Positions 63,565 to 64,000 of a stretch of 64,000 nucleotides of DNA are shown here, piece after piece. The notes under the pieces were generated by a model. The model made no database searches and had not been told where the DNA came from. It was given only the letters and a program-made list of their open reading frames with translations. The DNA comes from Tubulanus polymorphus (taxonomy: Eukaryota; Animalia; Nemertea). Position 1 is the stretch's first letter. Each line of letters begins with the position of its first letter. The position numbers and the translations under genes are program-made. Where the stretch lies: positions 4,216,001 to 4,280,000 of the forward strand of contig NC_134031.1 of the NCBI RefSeq assembly GCF_964204645.1. The letters run 5' to 3'.

Positions 63565-64000
63565 CTGAAACATTAAAATTCTCACTTATAAATTATCTCG
63601 AGGTTTGCTCGTTAATCTACCAGGCACTAAATGATAGTTTATAAATTGCAAGCAACAAGCCTAACCAAATAGCAACTGAATAACAAAGATAAAGATCATC
63701 AGAGTTCTATAGCCAATTTAACAACTAAAGATCGATCTTAAGATTCATGAGCACTTTTGGACTGAAGTCTTCGCGCCCAGCTGTACAAATCCTTAAGTTG
63801 TCAGATTGGCTACGGACCCGAGGGCCTAGTTTACTAACCTACAGATTGGTAACGTCATGCTATGATCTTCTGCACCGACGTACAAACCGAGTTCTTTCAG
63901 AGCGTTTTGTATTTTCGCTCGAGCGTCGAAACGTTTAACTCCCTATCAAAACACGACAACAAAACATCGACAGTTGAGTCACTTTTCTTAAAACCAAATC

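Overview
This is eukaryotic, intron-containing, AT-rich DNA from a compact-genome invertebrate. It is a lophotrochozoan, judged from four intronic copies of a miR-1992-like hairpin; a nemertean or annelid is my guess, not established. I assembled spliced models by hand (GT-AG sites, phases checked). In order along the window: (1) the 3' part of an atypical class A GPCR with a ~400-aa disordered tail (+); (2) a ~3,100-aa transmembrane SEA/EGF mucin with ~78 x 33-aa repeats and a MUC3/12/17-like KIQRP+PDZ tail (-); (3) a secreted precursor joining an 8-Cys helical-hairpin-like domain, amphipathic repeats and KR-delimited Met/Pro/Thr repeats (+); (4) a small K+-channel-pore-like membrane protein with a degenerate filter, lysosomal sorting motifs and a CLEAR-like box (-); (5) an ATD-less ionotropic glutamate-type receptor with a remodelled M3 gate (-); (6) a membrane-bound tyrosinase (-); (7) poorly resolved secreted-protein exons (-); (8) MLF (-); (9) a FLYWCH protein carrying what looks like a catalytically dead N6/N4 DNA methyltransferase fold (+); and (10) the 3' part of a mitochondrial-type ValRS (-), whose last intron holds the four-hairpin miRNA cluster. 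Introns and intergenic DNA contain several MITE families and Penelope-type minimal hammerhead ribozymes. No rRNA, tRNA or CRISPR array was found. All family assignments come from motif recognition, not database searches.
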